Assembly: GCA_004144595.1 (NCBI GenBank)
Contig: SEEM01000012.1
Span: 14,680 to 78,679 of the forward strand
DNA from: Hyphomicrobiales bacterium
GTDB taxonomy: Bacteria; Pseudomonadota; Alphaproteobacteria; Rhizobiales; Beijerinckiaceae
Reading direction: 5' to 3'
Length of the DNA: 64,000 bases
The position numbers and the translations under genes were made by a program. This document shows positions 20,127 to 30,078 of this stretch, piece by piece; position 1 is the stretch's first letter, and each line of letters begins with the position of its first letter. A model generated the notes under the pieces. The model was given only the letters and a program-made list of their open reading frames with translations, was not told where the DNA came from and searched no databases.

Positions 20127-23100
20127 TTATTCGAAGCGGCCGCTCGCATGGGCCAGCATCGTGTAGACCTTGCCCGTCTCCGAGGTCAGGTAGGTCTTGG
20201 CCACCATCGAGTCGCGGTCGTCCTTGGCAGCTTCGCCGAGCAGGCGCTCGAACTCGTCGATATAGCGGTCGACCGTATCCTTGAACTCGGCGTCGCGGCG
20301 ATACTTGCGACGCATCTCGTCGAAGGTCTGCTGGCCCTGCAGCGTGTAGAGCCGGCGGGTGAAGACGTTGCGCTCGCCGCGCTTGTAACGGTCCCACAAT
20401 TCGACGGCGGCGTCATGGTCGATCATCCGCGCGATGTCGACGGAGAGCGAGTCGAGCTTCTCGATCGAATGCGTCGTCGGCTTGCTCGGCTCGGGCTGCT
20501 TGTCTTCGCGCGAGGCGCGGGTGAGCAGGTCCGAGAGCCAGCCCGCCTTGGCCGGCTGGGGCTGCGCAGCCGGCTCCGGCTGGCGGCGCGGTGCGTCCTG
20601 CACGGAAGCAGGGCGGGTCGGCACGGTCGCCGTCTCGATCCGGACGGCCGGACGCGGCGCGGCAGGCTGCTCGGGCTCGCTCGCCGCAGCGTCGATGGAC
20701 GGCCGCAGCAGCGGCTCCTCGGCGACCGGCGCGGGCTGCGGAGCCGGCGTGAGCCGCGCCGGAGCGGCAGTGGCAGCGGCAGGGGCGGCAACGGCGGCCG
20801 CCACGGCCGCAACGGTTGCCGGGCGCCTGCTGGCGGCATGGTCGATCGGCAGCGAGACGTCGCCGCGGCGGCCGGCCCGCGTCACGATCTCGGTGAGATC
20901 GTTCAGTGCCTTGATCTGCTCGGCCACGACCCGGCGCATTGCCGAGGTCGATTCCTGGGCTTCTGCCGGCAGTTCGAGCACGCCGCGCTTCAGCTCGGCG
21001 CGGGTCGCTTCCAGCTCGCGCTGGATATCGCCGGTGATGCCGCGCATGTCCTGCGCCGCTTGCTGGAAGCGCTCGGTCACCTTGGTGATCTCGCCGCCGA
21101 TCTCCGTGGAAACCTGCGCGTAGGCTGCGCGCAGGGCCTCCGCCGTGCGCTCGCGCTCCTGGCCGGTGGCCGAGCGGATCGCCTCGAACTGCTGGGCGAT
21201 CGCGTTGGTCGTCGATTCCGCCGAGTCGGACAGGACCGCGCCGATCTGGCGGGCCCGCGATTCGGCCGTGCTGAGAGAATCGTCGATCAGCGAGGCGAAG
21301 GAGCGGGTGATCGTTTCGACATCGTCGGTGCGATTGGCGATGAGGCCATGCAGTTGCTCCAGTGCCTCGCGGCGATCGAGCAAGGCCTTGCCGACGCGGC
21401 TCTCGATCTGCTCCAGCCGCCCGGCGACGGCGCTGAGCGCCGCGCTGCTCGCCTGCGTCGCCTCGTTGAGAGAGCTGCCGCGATCGTCGAGCTGCGCGAT
21501 CAACGCGGTGGTCTCCCGCAGCGTGCCCTCCGAGAAGCTTTTCAGCTCGGCGATCTGCGCCGTGACCTGCTGCGAGGCCGAGCCTGCCTCGGCCATCACG
21601 GTGCCGATCACCGTCTGCAGCTCGCCGACGCGGGTCGACAGGCTGTTCTCGACGGCAGCGAGGTTCTTGTTCGCGCCGTTGACGATCTGCTGCATCAGCT
21701 TGTTGGCCTCGCCGAGGCGGCCCAGCATGCCGCCCAGCTCGTCGCGAAGCTGGTCGTTGGTGCCGACCAGCGCCTCGATCGACTGGCGCGAACCGGCTTC
21801 GATCGTCTCGCGCAGTGCGTTGGACGAAGCCTCCACTGCGTTGGCGATGACCGCACCGCGATCGCGCAGGCCGGCGAGGATGGTGTTGCCACGGCTTTCG
21901 AGTGCGCGAACCACGGTTTCGCCGACCGAAGCGAACTCGCTGGCCAGCGCTTCGCCGCGTTCGCTCAATGCCTCGACGGCGCCGTTGCCCTTGGCGTCGA
22001 ACACCGCGCGCAGGGCCTCGACGCGCTCGTCGACCGATTGGGTGAAGGTCGCGCCCTGCTGTCCGAGAGCGGCAACGAGGCCGTTGCCCTTGGCGTCGAA
22101 GGCGGCGCGCAGTGCCGCGATGCGCTCGTCGATCGACTGGCTGAAGCTTGCGCCCTGCTCACCGAGCGCCGCGACGAGACCGTTGCCCTTTGCGTCGAAG
22201 ACCGCGTGGAGAGCGTCGACGCGCTGGTCGAGCGACTGGGTGATCGTCTCGCCCTGGCGGCCGAGGGCCGCGACGAGGCCACTGCTGCTCGCATCGAAGG
22301 CGGCATGCAGGGCGTTGGTCCGCTCCTCGAGCGAGGACGCGACGGCAGCGCCCTGGCGCTCCAGCGCATTGACGACTCCGGCGCCCTGACCCTCGAAGAT
22401 CGCGCGCAACTGTTCGGCGCGCTGGTCGAGCGCGCCAGAGATGGCGTCGCCGCGACGGCCGAGCGCGGCGACGATGCCGAGCCCGCGATCGTCGAACAGG
22501 GTGCGCAGCTGCTCGGCGCGCTCCGTGAGCGCGGCGGCGATTGCTTCGCTCTGGCCGGCGAGTGCCGAGACCATGCCGCCGCCCTGATCGTCGAACAGCG
22601 CGCGCAACTCCCGCGCCCGCTCGGCCAGCACCGACGAGATGGCCTCGGTGCGGCCCTGCAGCGTGGCGGCGATCTCGTCGCCACGGGTGTCGAGCGTGTG
22701 TGAGACGGTGTCGAGCCGGCCGACCACGCGCTCCTCGAAGCGTGCGACGCTCTGGTCGAGCGTGTCGGCGATCTGGAGGGCGCGACCGCCCAGGGTCGCG
22801 TTGATCGTGTCGGCCTTGTCGCTGAGCGTGCGGGTGAGCGACTCGCTCTTGGAGGTGACGACCTCGCCGATCTCGTCGGCCTTGGCCGCGAGCGCGCGGG
22901 TGACCTCGCGCCCGCCTTCCGCCAGCACCCGGGCGATGTCGACCGTGCGCTCGACCAGCGCCTCGTTGAGGGCAGTGGCGCGCGAGCCGAGGCTGCCGTC
23001 GATGCGCGCGATCAGGCTGTCGAGCGTGCCGGCGATTTCGGCGCTCTTGGCGCCCGAGCGGTCCTCGAACAGCCTGATCTGGCTTTCCATCGCCTCCGCC

Positions 23101-26100
23101 GCCTCGCGGGTGCGGCTGGCGAGGAGCTCCGCCGCTTCCAGCGCGCGGGTTCCGGCCTTGTCGGCCAGCGCGACGCCGTCCTCGGAGATCAGCTTCTCGA
23201 CCTGTGCGATGCCGGCATGCAGCGCCGTGGTGAGCTGCTGGGCGTCGCCGGAGATCTTGGCGGTGAGCGTGCCGCCCTGGACGACGATCAGGTCCTCGAA
23301 GGCGCCCAGGCGCGCGGCCAGCGCGTTCTCGACGTCGCGGCCCTGCGTATCGAACAGCGCCGCAAAGGCCGAGAGACGCCCGCCGAGCGCAGCTTCGATC
23401 TCGTGGCCGCGCTCGTCGAAGAGCTTGGTCAGCGCATCATGGCGCAGCGCCAGTGCCTCGTTCAGCGCCTGCGCGCGGCCTTCGACCGAACGCAGCATCG
23501 ATTCGGCATTGGCCGACAGCGCCTCATTCACGCGCCCACCCTGCTGGGTCAGCGCCAGCACGATCTCGCGGCCGGTGCCGGCGAGCAGGGTGCGCGCTTC
23601 CTCGGCATGGACGGTGAAGGTGTCGCGCAACCCTTGCGTGGCTTCGGTGACGCGGTCGGCGACATGGCGACCGTCGACATTGATCGTTTCCGTGAGGGTG
23701 CGGGTCGCATCGGTCATGCGGCGCGCCAGATCCTCGCTCTGCTCGCCGAGCAGGGTGTGGACTTCGCGTCCGGTGCTGACGAGATCGCGCACCATCGTCT
23801 CGCGCTGCTCGCCGAGCAGGGAGCCGACCTTCTCGCCGGTCTCGCTGATGCTGGCCAGGAAGCCGGTCTGCTGTTGTTCGAGGGCATTCTGCGCCGCTTC
23901 GATGCTGCCGGCGATGCGGGAAGCCAGGACGGCGCCGCGCTCGTCGAGCTGCTGGTCGATGCTGGCGCCGGTCTCGGCGAGGCGGGAGATCAGCGCGTTC
24001 GAGCGCTCTGCCAGGATGCCGTGCACCGAGCGGCCGACATCGGCGACGCGGTTGGCCAGCGCCTGGCTTTCGTTGCCGAGCAGGTCCTTGATCTCAAGTC
24101 CGGCCTGCGAAACCTTCACCGTCATCGCGCCCGCCTGCTCCTCGAGCAGGGCGCTGACGCGCATGCCGGTCTCGGAGAGCCCGGAGATCAGGCGCTCGCT
24201 CTCGCCGCCGACGATGACGCCGACTTCCTGGCCGGCCTGGGTCAGGCGGCTGACCAGCAGCTCGCTTTCGTCGCGCAGGCGGGTCTCGACGGTGTTGACC
24301 GCGCCCGAGACGCTGGCGACCAGCGCCTCGCTGCGCTCCGACAGGAGCTTGGCGACATCCGCGCCGGCAGTCGAGACGCGCGCAACCGTGGCGTCGCCCT
24401 GTTCGCCCATCAGGCGGGCCAGGTCGTTGCTGGCGCCGGAGACGCTGGCGACCGCCGATTCGCTGCGCTCGGCCAGAACGCGGGCGAGTTCCGTGCTGGC
24501 TGCCGAGATGCGGGTGACCGTGGTGTCGCCCTGTTCGCCCATGAGGGCCGCAAGGCCGCGGCCGGCATCCGAGACGCTGGCGACCGCCGCTTCGCTGCGC
24601 TCCGCCAGGACGCGGGCCAACTCGGTGCTGGCCTCCGAAACGCGGCCGACGACGCTGTCGCTCTGCTGGCCGACGAGATCGGCGAGCTCGCTGCCGGCGC
24701 TGGAGACGCGGCTGACGAGGGTCTCGGCCTGCTGGTCGAGCAAGGTGTGCACGGTCCGGCCGGTTTCGTTCAGCCGGTCGACAAGCTTGCCGCCCTGCTG
24801 GTTGAACAGCCCGTTCACCTGGGCCGCGACATCGGTGATGCGGCTGGTGAGCGCGTCGCCATGTCCGGCGACGGCTTCGCCGAGGCTCTGGCCGGCATCG
24901 TTGACGCGCAGGATGATCGCTTCGCTGCGCTCGCGCAGAACGTCGTCGACGGTCCGGGCGGTTTCGTTGAGGCGGCCGACCAGGGTGTCGCCATGCGTGC
25001 CGATCAGGCCGTGGACGCTCTCGCCGACCTCGGTGAGGCGCGTGGCGATCGCTTCGTTCTGGCGGTTGAGCAGATTGTTGACGCCGCGGCCGACCTCGGC
25101 AAGGCGCGTCGTGACGCTCTCGCCCTCGTCGGAAAGCGCGCTGCGCAGCGCTTCGCCGGATTCCGCCAGGCGCGCCTGCAGGGCTTCGCTCTGGCTTTCG
25201 ATCTGCGCGACCATGCTGCGGCTGCTGGCTTCGAAGCGCTCGGCGGCTTCGGTGCCGCGGGCCGAGATGTCGCGAGCGAGCGTCTCGCCCGTGTTCTTCA
25301 GCAGTTCGTTGACGGTCTCGACGCGGCCGGTCAGCGTCGCGGCGACCTGGTTACCGGTCTCGCTGATGGCGCGGGTGACGTCCTGGGCGCCGGTGGTCAG
25401 GCCCTCGGTGAGGACGGCGCCGGTGCGCTCCAGCGAGCTCGCGATCTCCTTGGCGCGGCCGTCGAGCATGTCCGACAGGTTGCCGCTGGCGCCGGCCAGA
25501 CGCTCGGAGACTTCACCCGAGGTGATCTGCAGGCGCTCGACGAGGTCGTGGCTGCGTCCGCTGATTTCCTCGATCATCTTTTCGCCGGCGCGGCCGAGCG
25601 CCTGGGTGATCTGGTCGCCCTTGGCGCCGAGCGAGCCGGTGACGCGGTCGCCGGCCTGCGAGACCGCCTCCGCGATGGCGCGGCTGGCACTGTCGAGGTC
25701 CCTGGCGAGGCCGTCATGGGCGCCGCTGATGGCGAGCTTGACCCGCTCGGCATTGCCGACCACCGCCTCGCGCTGGGTGACGAGCTCGTCGATCAGCGAG
25801 CGCAGGCGAATCTCATTGTCGGCATAGGCGCGCTCGAGCGTCGATATCTCGCCGCGCACGATGGTTTCCAGCTCGCCGGCGCGTGCGACCGCGCGCTCGA
25901 TGCCGTCGCCCATGGCGGCGACCTCGCGGCGAATGGTCTGGCTCAGCGACAGGACGGAATCCGCCCCTGCGACCTCAGGCTCGGCGAGCCGCAGCGCGAC
26001 CTCGGTCATGGCACGCGAGATCAGGCGCATTTCCTGGGTGCGGCGATAGAGCGCCGCCAGCACGAAGAAGAACACGACCGGCGCACCGATCGACAGCGTG

Positions 26101-26570
26101 AGCAGCGTCCACTCGCCGATGCCGAAGCTGGCGACAGGCTCGGGCAGGCCGTTGCTGAAGGAGCCGTAGCGGCCGAGCAGGACGACGGCGGCGCCGCCCA
26201 GCCAAGCCAGCGAGGCGAGCGCGGCGAACCAGTAGGGCTTGCGCGAGGGGCGGACCGAGAAGGCCTGGACCAGCGAGCTGGAATCCCGGCGGTCGTCATT
26301 GGCGACGCGGCTAGTGTCGGGCGCGATCGCGGGGCGCGCCGGGGCCGGCTGCTGCGTGGCCGGAGCGACGGAGGCCGGCGGAGGCGACGCCGGAGCCGGC
26401 TCGACGCGCGGCATTTCGAGCTTCAGGTCGTTCTCGCTGGTCGAGGGCATCCTGGGCTCGGTCTCGACCGGCGTCTCGGTGCCGTCCTTGGGCTGGTCAA
26501 GGCGCAGCGCCTCTTCGATCGCCGACATCGCAGCTTCAGTGGGGTCCTGGAGCTTCTTGGGTCGATTCAT
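20127..26570 (-). CDS. Growth-pole-ring (GPR/RgsE-like) polar growth protein with apolipoprotein-like repeats, 2147 aa
   Basis: Two N-terminal TM helices after ANDD, a long amphipathic repeat region, a Pro-rich linker, and the conserved C-terminus LWDRYKRGERNVFTRRLY...GKVYTMLAHASGRFE. Confidence 0.82.
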   Translation of the reverse strand: MNRPKKLQDPTEAAMSAIEEALRLDQPKDGTETPVETEPRMPSTSENDLKLEMPRVEPAPASPPPASVAPATQQPAPARPAIAPDTSRVANDDRRDSSSLVQAFSVRPSRKPYWFAALASLAWLGGAAVVLLGRYGSFSNGLPEPVASFGIGEWTLLTLSIGAPVVFFFVLAALYRRTQEMRLISRAMTEVALRLAEPEVAGADSVLSLSQTIRREVAAMGDGIERAVARAGELETIVRGEISTLERAYADNEIRLRSLIDELVTQREAVVGNAERVKLAISGAHDGLARDLDSASRAIAEAVSQAGDRVTGSLGAKGDQITQALGRAGEKMIEEISGRSHDLVERLQITSGEVSERLAGASGNLSDMLDGRAKEIASSLERTGAVLTEGLTTGAQDVTRAISETGNQVAATLTGRVETVNELLKNTGETLARDISARGTEAAERFEASSRSMVAQIESQSEALQARLAESGEALRSALSDEGESVTTRLAEVGRGVNNLLNRQNEAIATRLTEVGESVHGLIGTHGDTLVGRLNETARTVDDVLRERSEAIILRVNDAGQSLGEAVAGHGDALTSRITDVAAQVNGLFNQQGGKLVDRLNETGRTVHTLLDQQAETLVSRVSSAGSELADLVGQQSDSVVGRVSEASTELARVLAERSEAAVASVSDAGRGLAALMGEQGDTTVTRISAASTELARVLAERSESAVASVSGASNDLARLMGEQGDATVARVSTAGADVAKLLSERSEALVASVSGAVNTVETRLRDESELLVSRLTQAGQEVGVIVGGESERLISGLSETGMRVSALLEEQAGAMTVKVSQAGLEIKDLLGNESQALANRVADVGRSVHGILAERSNALISRLAETGASIDQQLDERGAVLASRIAGSIEAAQNALEQQQTGFLASISETGEKVGSLLGEQRETMVRDLVSTGREVHTLLGEQSEDLARRMTDATRTLTETINVDGRHVADRVTEATQGLRDTFTVHAEEARTLLAGTGREIVLALTQQGGRVNEALSANAESMLRSVEGRAQALNEALALRHDALTKLFDERGHEIEAALGGRLSAFAALFDTQGRDVENALAARLGAFEDLIVVQGGTLTAKISGDAQQLTTALHAGIAQVEKLISEDGVALADKAGTRALEAAELLASRTREAAEAMESQIRLFEDRSGAKSAEIAGTLDSLIARIDGSLGSRATALNEALVERTVDIARVLAEGGREVTRALAAKADEIGEVVTSKSESLTRTLSDKADTINATLGGRALQIADTLDQSVARFEERVVGRLDTVSHTLDTRGDEIAATLQGRTEAISSVLAERARELRALFDDQGGGMVSALAGQSEAIAAALTERAEQLRTLFDDRGLGIVAALGRRGDAISGALDQRAEQLRAIFEGQGAGVVNALERQGAAVASSLEERTNALHAAFDASSSGLVAALGRQGETITQSLDQRVDALHAVFDAKGNGLVAALGEQGASFSQSIDERIAALRAAFDAKGNGLVAALGQQGATFTQSVDERVEALRAVFDAKGNGAVEALSERGEALASEFASVGETVVRALESRGNTILAGLRDRGAVIANAVEASSNALRETIEAGSRQSIEALVGTNDQLRDELGGMLGRLGEANKLMQQIVNGANKNLAAVENSLSTRVGELQTVIGTVMAEAGSASQQVTAQIAELKSFSEGTLRETTALIAQLDDRGSSLNEATQASSAALSAVAGRLEQIESRVGKALLDRREALEQLHGLIANRTDDVETITRSFASLIDDSLSTAESRARQIGAVLSDSAESTTNAIAQQFEAIRSATGQERERTAEALRAAYAQVSTEIGGEITKVTERFQQAAQDMRGITGDIQRELEATRAELKRGVLELPAEAQESTSAMRRVVAEQIKALNDLTEIVTRAGRRGDVSLPIDHAASRRPATVAAVAAAVAAPAAATAAPARLTPAPQPAPVAEEPLLRPSIDAAASEPEQPAAPRPAVRIETATVPTRPASVQDAPRRQPEPAAQPQPAKAGWLSDLLTRASREDKQPEPSKPTTHSIEKLDSLSVDIARMIDHDAAVELWDRYKRGERNVFTRRLYTLQGQQTFDEMRRKYRRDAEFKDTVDRYIDEFERLLGEAAKDDRDSMVAKTYLTSETGKVYTMLAHASGRFE
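21950..22620 (-). repeat. 99-bp (33-aa) tandem repeats within GPR
   Basis: CCGTTGCCCTT(G/T)GCGTCGAA at 21982, 22081 and 22180; peptide unit ...ALRAxFDAKGNGLVAALG... Confidence 0.85.
24300..24720 (-). repeat. 132-bp (44-aa) tandem repeats within GPR
   Basis: GAGACGCTGGCGACC at 24307, 24439 and 24571; peptide unit LAERSE.AVASVS...LMGEQGD. Confidence 0.85.
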
Positions 26571-26741
26571 CGTTGCCGCCTCGCCACGCTACTGACGACG
26601 GGCGCTTGAGGTGACATCCGCCGCCCCGTGCCGCCTCTGGCCGGGTGAACGGAGACACTGCGCCCATCATTTACCAATTGGAAGGGTAGTGGACCCCCGG
26701 ACCCTTGGAAACCCATTTGAGCGCTCGATTCACAAACGTCG

Positions 26742-26760
26742 TTAACGCCTCGTTTACCAT
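26742..26760 (+). promoter_or_regulatory. CtrA-like binding box in the GPR/Hpt divergent promoter region
   Basis: TTAA-cgcctcg-TTTA(CCAT), one mismatch to TTAA-N7-TTAA; GANTC site nearby at 26727. Confidence 0.6.
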
Positions 26761-26830
26761 GGCGGCGCTTCCTGAGGGGCATGAGGCCGGCCCACGGGCC
26801 ATTTGATCTCCGATGTCGAAGAGTCCTGAC

Positions 26831-27169
26831 ATGACCGAGAAGGCCATCGATTTCGCCTATCTCTCCCGCCAGACCGACGGGGACCACGAGCTGGAGCGCG
26901 AATTGCTCGCGCTGTTCGCCCAGCAATGCGTCGTTCACCTGCGGGCCATCCACGGCAGCGCCGACCGGCAGGCGCGGATGGATGCCGCCCATACCCTGAA
27001 AGGTGCGGCACGTGCCATCGGCGCCTGGCAGGTCGCGGACGCGGCCGACCGGATCGAGGAGGGCCTTGCCGGGCTGGAACAGGCGGTGAGCGAAACCGCG
27101 CTTGATGCCTTGGCCCTGGCCGCTGCCGAGGCGCGGGCGGCGATCGCGCGGTTCGACCGCGCTGCCTGA
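26831..27169 (+). CDS. Stand-alone Hpt (histidine phosphotransfer) domain protein
   Basis: LERELLALF and AAHTLKGAARAIGA (HxLKG) motifs. Confidence 0.88.
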   Translation: MTEKAIDFAYLSRQTDGDHELERELLALFAQQCVVHLRAIHGSADRQARMDAAHTLKGAARAIGAWQVADAADRIEEGLAGLEQAVSETALDALALAAAEARAAIARFDRAA

Positions 27170-27253
27170 GAGGGCGCTGCGGCGCAAGACCCCGTTTCGT
27201 GCCGCTTTGAAATGCTCTAAGCGAGGGCCGTCATCGCGCCGCCGGAGTTGCCC

Positions 27254-27574
27254 ATGCCAAACATCACCTTCATCGACGCCCATGGAGAGAGCCGCACGGT
27301 TGAGACCGAAACCGGCTCGACCGTGATGGAGACGGCGATCCGCAATGCGATTCCCGGAATCGAGGCGGAATGCGGCGGGGCCTGTGCCTGCGCTACCTGC
27401 CATGTCTATGTCGACGATGCCTGGACTGCCGCCGTCGGCCCTGCCGAGCCGATGGAAGAGGACATGCTGGACTTCGCCTTCGACGTTCGTCCCAATTCGC
27501 GCCTGTCCTGCCAGATCCGCATCCGCAACGAACTCGATGGGCTGATCGTCCGTACGCCCGCGCGCCAAGGTTAG
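27254..27574 (+). CDS. 2Fe-2S ferredoxin (adrenodoxin type)
   Basis: CGGACACATCH, EEDMLD and SRLSCQ motifs. Confidence 0.95.
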   Translation: MPNITFIDAHGESRTVETETGSTVMETAIRNAIPGIEAECGGACACATCHVYVDDAWTAAVGPAEPMEEDMLDFAFDVRPNSRLSCQIRIRNELDGLIVRTPARQG

Positions 27575-27790
27575 CTCCGCCTGGCTGGTGCCGCGCGCGG
27601 CGCTGCGACGCATCCTGCATTTTGCGCTGGATCATGGCGCGCGTGCTGGCAAACTCCATGATGGTTTCGAAACCGGCCTGGATCGCCGCGCATCCTGCGG
27701 ACGCGACAACGGCGATCCAGCCGCTCATGATGGCATCGGATTTTTCCGATAGGTGGTCCCCGCTTTCGGTCCGGTGCGATGGAGGATGCG

Positions 27791-28213
27791 ATGTACAGAT
27801 CGATCATGGTCCCGGTGGACCTCGCCGAGGCCGAGCTCGCCCAGCCGGCGATCGCGGCAGCCGTTTCTTTCGCGAAGGCGTCGGGCGGTCGGCTGCGGCT
27901 GGTCTATGTCCGCTCGCTGATCCCTGTCACCTATATGGAATTCGTACCGTCCGACTTCGATTCCGAGCAGCAGGAGGACGCCGAGGCGAAACTCGCCGAG
28001 ATCGCGGCCAAGGTCGATCTCCCGGCCGAGCAGGTTTCGGCCAAGGTCCTGATCGGCTCCGTCCATGGCGAGGTCTTGGCCGAGGCCGATGCCGGAGGCA
28101 TCGACCTCATCGTCATCGGCTCGCATGAGCCCGGCATGCTCGCCTATGTCATCGGCTCGAACGCCTCGGCCATCGTGCGCCGGGCGAAATGCTCGGTGCT
28201 GGTGGTCCGCTGA
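27791..28213 (+). CDS. Universal stress protein
   Basis: MYRSIMVPVD, DLIVIGSH, IGSNA and CSVLVVR motifs. Confidence 0.92.
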   Translation: MYRSIMVPVDLAEAELAQPAIAAAVSFAKASGGRLRLVYVRSLIPVTYMEFVPSDFDSEQQEDAEAKLAEIAAKVDLPAEQVSAKVLIGSVHGEVLAEADAGGIDLIVIGSHEPGMLAYVIGSNASAIVRRAKCSVLVVR

Positions 28214-28215
28214 GC

Positions 28216-28824
28216 TCAGCCCGTCCCGCCGGGGACGAGGCTTTCAGGCACCTCGCCCGTCGCGAGCTCTCGCGGCCGGTTGAGGTTGACCAGCGGCCAG
28301 ACCTGCCAGAACGCGGCGGCGATCAGCAGGACGCCGAGCAGGCCGGCATTGGTCGCGCCCTGCTGGAAGGCGCGCAGCGTGAAAGCCGCCAGCATCAGGA
28401 GCGAGAGTGCGCCGAGGGCGGCGACGCCGAGCCAGATCGGCTTCGGCCGTCCGGCGACGAAGCGGGCGCGGGGGTTGGCCCGGGCGATCGCGGCCGACAG
28501 CGCCGTGACGAACCGGTGATAGCGCGGGTCGTCGCGGTCAAGATCGGTCAGCGAGCGCCAGGACAGGTTGCCGAAGGTCACGGTACGGCCGTCGCTGAGC
28601 CGGAGCTGCGTCTTGTAGCCCTTCGACGAGATGTTGCCGGGCGCATAGACGAAGCGCACCTGCTCGACCGCGCTGAGTCTGATGGTGTCGACCCGGCGCG
28701 TCCGGTCGACCTCGAGCGTGTCGCCGTCGAGCTTGTAGGCGATCTCGAAGCCGACAGGCTTGGGACGCTGCCGCCAGCTCGGGGCAGGGCCGTCGTCGTC
28801 CTCGTCCATGATCGCCTTCATCAC
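28216..28824 (-). CDS. Hypothetical membrane protein
   Basis: 202-aa ORF with two C-terminal TM segments; ATGA-type overlap with the upstream vWA gene. Confidence 0.7.
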   Translation of the reverse strand: MMKAIMDEDDDGPAPSWRQRPKPVGFEIAYKLDGDTLEVDRTRRVDTIRLSAVEQVRFVYAPGNISSKGYKTQLRLSDGRTVTFGNLSWRSLTDLDRDDPRYHRFVTALSAAIARANPRARFVAGRPKPIWLGVAALGALSLLMLAAFTLRAFQQGATNAGLLGVLLIAAAFWQVWPLVNLNRPRELATGEVPESLVPGGTG

Positions 28825-29996
28825 CGCGCCAGAACCTTCATCGCAGCGTCCAGCCCATCGAGCGTCAGCGGAAACATGCGCCCGCCCATCAATCCACCGA
28901 TCTGCCGGATCGACTGGGTGTAGTTCCAGAGATTCTGCTGCACCGGGTTGAGCCAGACCGATTTCGGGAACTTGGCAGCCAGCCGCTCCATCCAGACCTC
29001 GCCGGCTTCCTCGTTCCAGTGCTCGACCGACCCGCCGGGCATGGCGATCTCATAGGGGCTCATCGAGGCGTCCCCGATGAAGACGAGGCGGTAATCGGAC
29101 GGATAGGTCCGGAGCACGTCCCAGGTCGCGATCTGCTGGTCGTGGCGGCGGCGGTTCTCCTTCCAGACGCGCTCATAAGGGCAGTTATGGAAGTAGAAAT
29201 GCTCGAAATGCTTGAACTCGGCCCGCGCCGCCGAGAACAGCTCCTCCGCCAGCTCGATATGCCAGTCCATCGAGCCGCCGACATCGAGGAAGAGCAGCAC
29301 CTTCACGGCGTTGCGCCGTTCGGGACGGAGCTGGACGTCGAGATAGCCGTGCTTGGCCGTTTCCGAAATCGTGGTGTCGAGATCGAGTTCCTCGGCCGCA
29401 CCGGTGCGGGCGAAGCGACGCAAACGCCGCAGCGCGATGCGCATGTTGCGCACCCCGAGCTCGCGCGTGTCGTCGAAATCCTTGAACTCGCGCTTGTCCC
29501 AGACCTTCACCGCCCGGAAATTGCGGTTCTTCTCCTGTCCGATGCGGATGCCTTCGGGATTGTAGCCATGGGCGCCGTAGGGCGACGTGCCGGCGGTACC
29601 GATCCACTTGCTGCCGCCCTGGTGGCGGCCCTTCTGCTCTTCGAGCCGCTGCTTCAGCGTCTCCCAGAGCTTCTCCCAGCCCATCGCATCGATCTGGGCC
29701 TTCTCTTCGTCGGTCAGGAATTTCTCGGCGAGCTTGCGCAGCCATTCCTCGGGAATGCCGGCTTCCTCGATCGCCTGCTGCAGCGTCTCCATGCCCTTGA
29801 AAACCTGGGCAAAGACGCGGTCGAATTTGTCGAGATGTCGCTCGTCCTTCACCAGAGTGGCGCGGGCGAGATAATAGAACTCCTCGACGCGATGTTCGGC
29901 GAGATCGGCCTCCACCCCTTCGAGCAACGTCAGATATTCGCGCAGGGTCACCGGGACCTTGGCGGCGCGCAGATCGGTGAAGAGGCGAAGGAACAT
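28821..29996 (-). CDS. VWA (CoxE-like) domain protein
   Basis: GRHQGGSKWIGTAGTSPYG, MIDAS-like DVGGSM, YFHNC and GDASMSPYE motifs. Confidence 0.9.
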   Translation of the reverse strand: MFLRLFTDLRAAKVPVTLREYLTLLEGVEADLAEHRVEEFYYLARATLVKDERHLDKFDRVFAQVFKGMETLQQAIEEAGIPEEWLRKLAEKFLTDEEKAQIDAMGWEKLWETLKQRLEEQKGRHQGGSKWIGTAGTSPYGAHGYNPEGIRIGQEKNRNFRAVKVWDKREFKDFDDTRELGVRNMRIALRRLRRFARTGAAEELDLDTTISETAKHGYLDVQLRPERRNAVKVLLFLDVGGSMDWHIELAEELFSAARAEFKHFEHFYFHNCPYERVWKENRRRHDQQIATWDVLRTYPSDYRLVFIGDASMSPYEIAMPGGSVEHWNEEAGEVWMERLAAKFPKSVWLNPVQQNLWNYTQSIRQIGGLMGGRMFPLTLDGLDAAMKVLAR

Positions 29997-30030
29997 CCCG
30001 CTAATGTGCGGGCATGGGGCGCCGGGTCAA
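29996..30030 (-). promoter_or_regulatory. Putative promoter giving a leaderless vWA mRNA
   Basis: Minus strand reads TTGACC-N16-CACATT-N6-ATG, with no canonical Shine-Dalgarno. Confidence 0.5.
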
Positions 30031-30078
30031 GCAGCGTCGGCGTTTCATGCGCAGACGCTGCTTGAACCGGTGGTTGGC

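Noticed and set aside
21950-24720. Regularly spaced direct repeats as a possible CRISPR array
   Set aside because: Periods of 99 and 132 bp are in-frame coding repeats, the intervening sequences are similar to each other, and there are no cas genes
20109-26609. Very long + strand ORFs (864, 1062 and 1130 aa) opposite GPR
   Set aside because: Antisense shadows of a GC-rich repetitive gene, with no recognisable motifs
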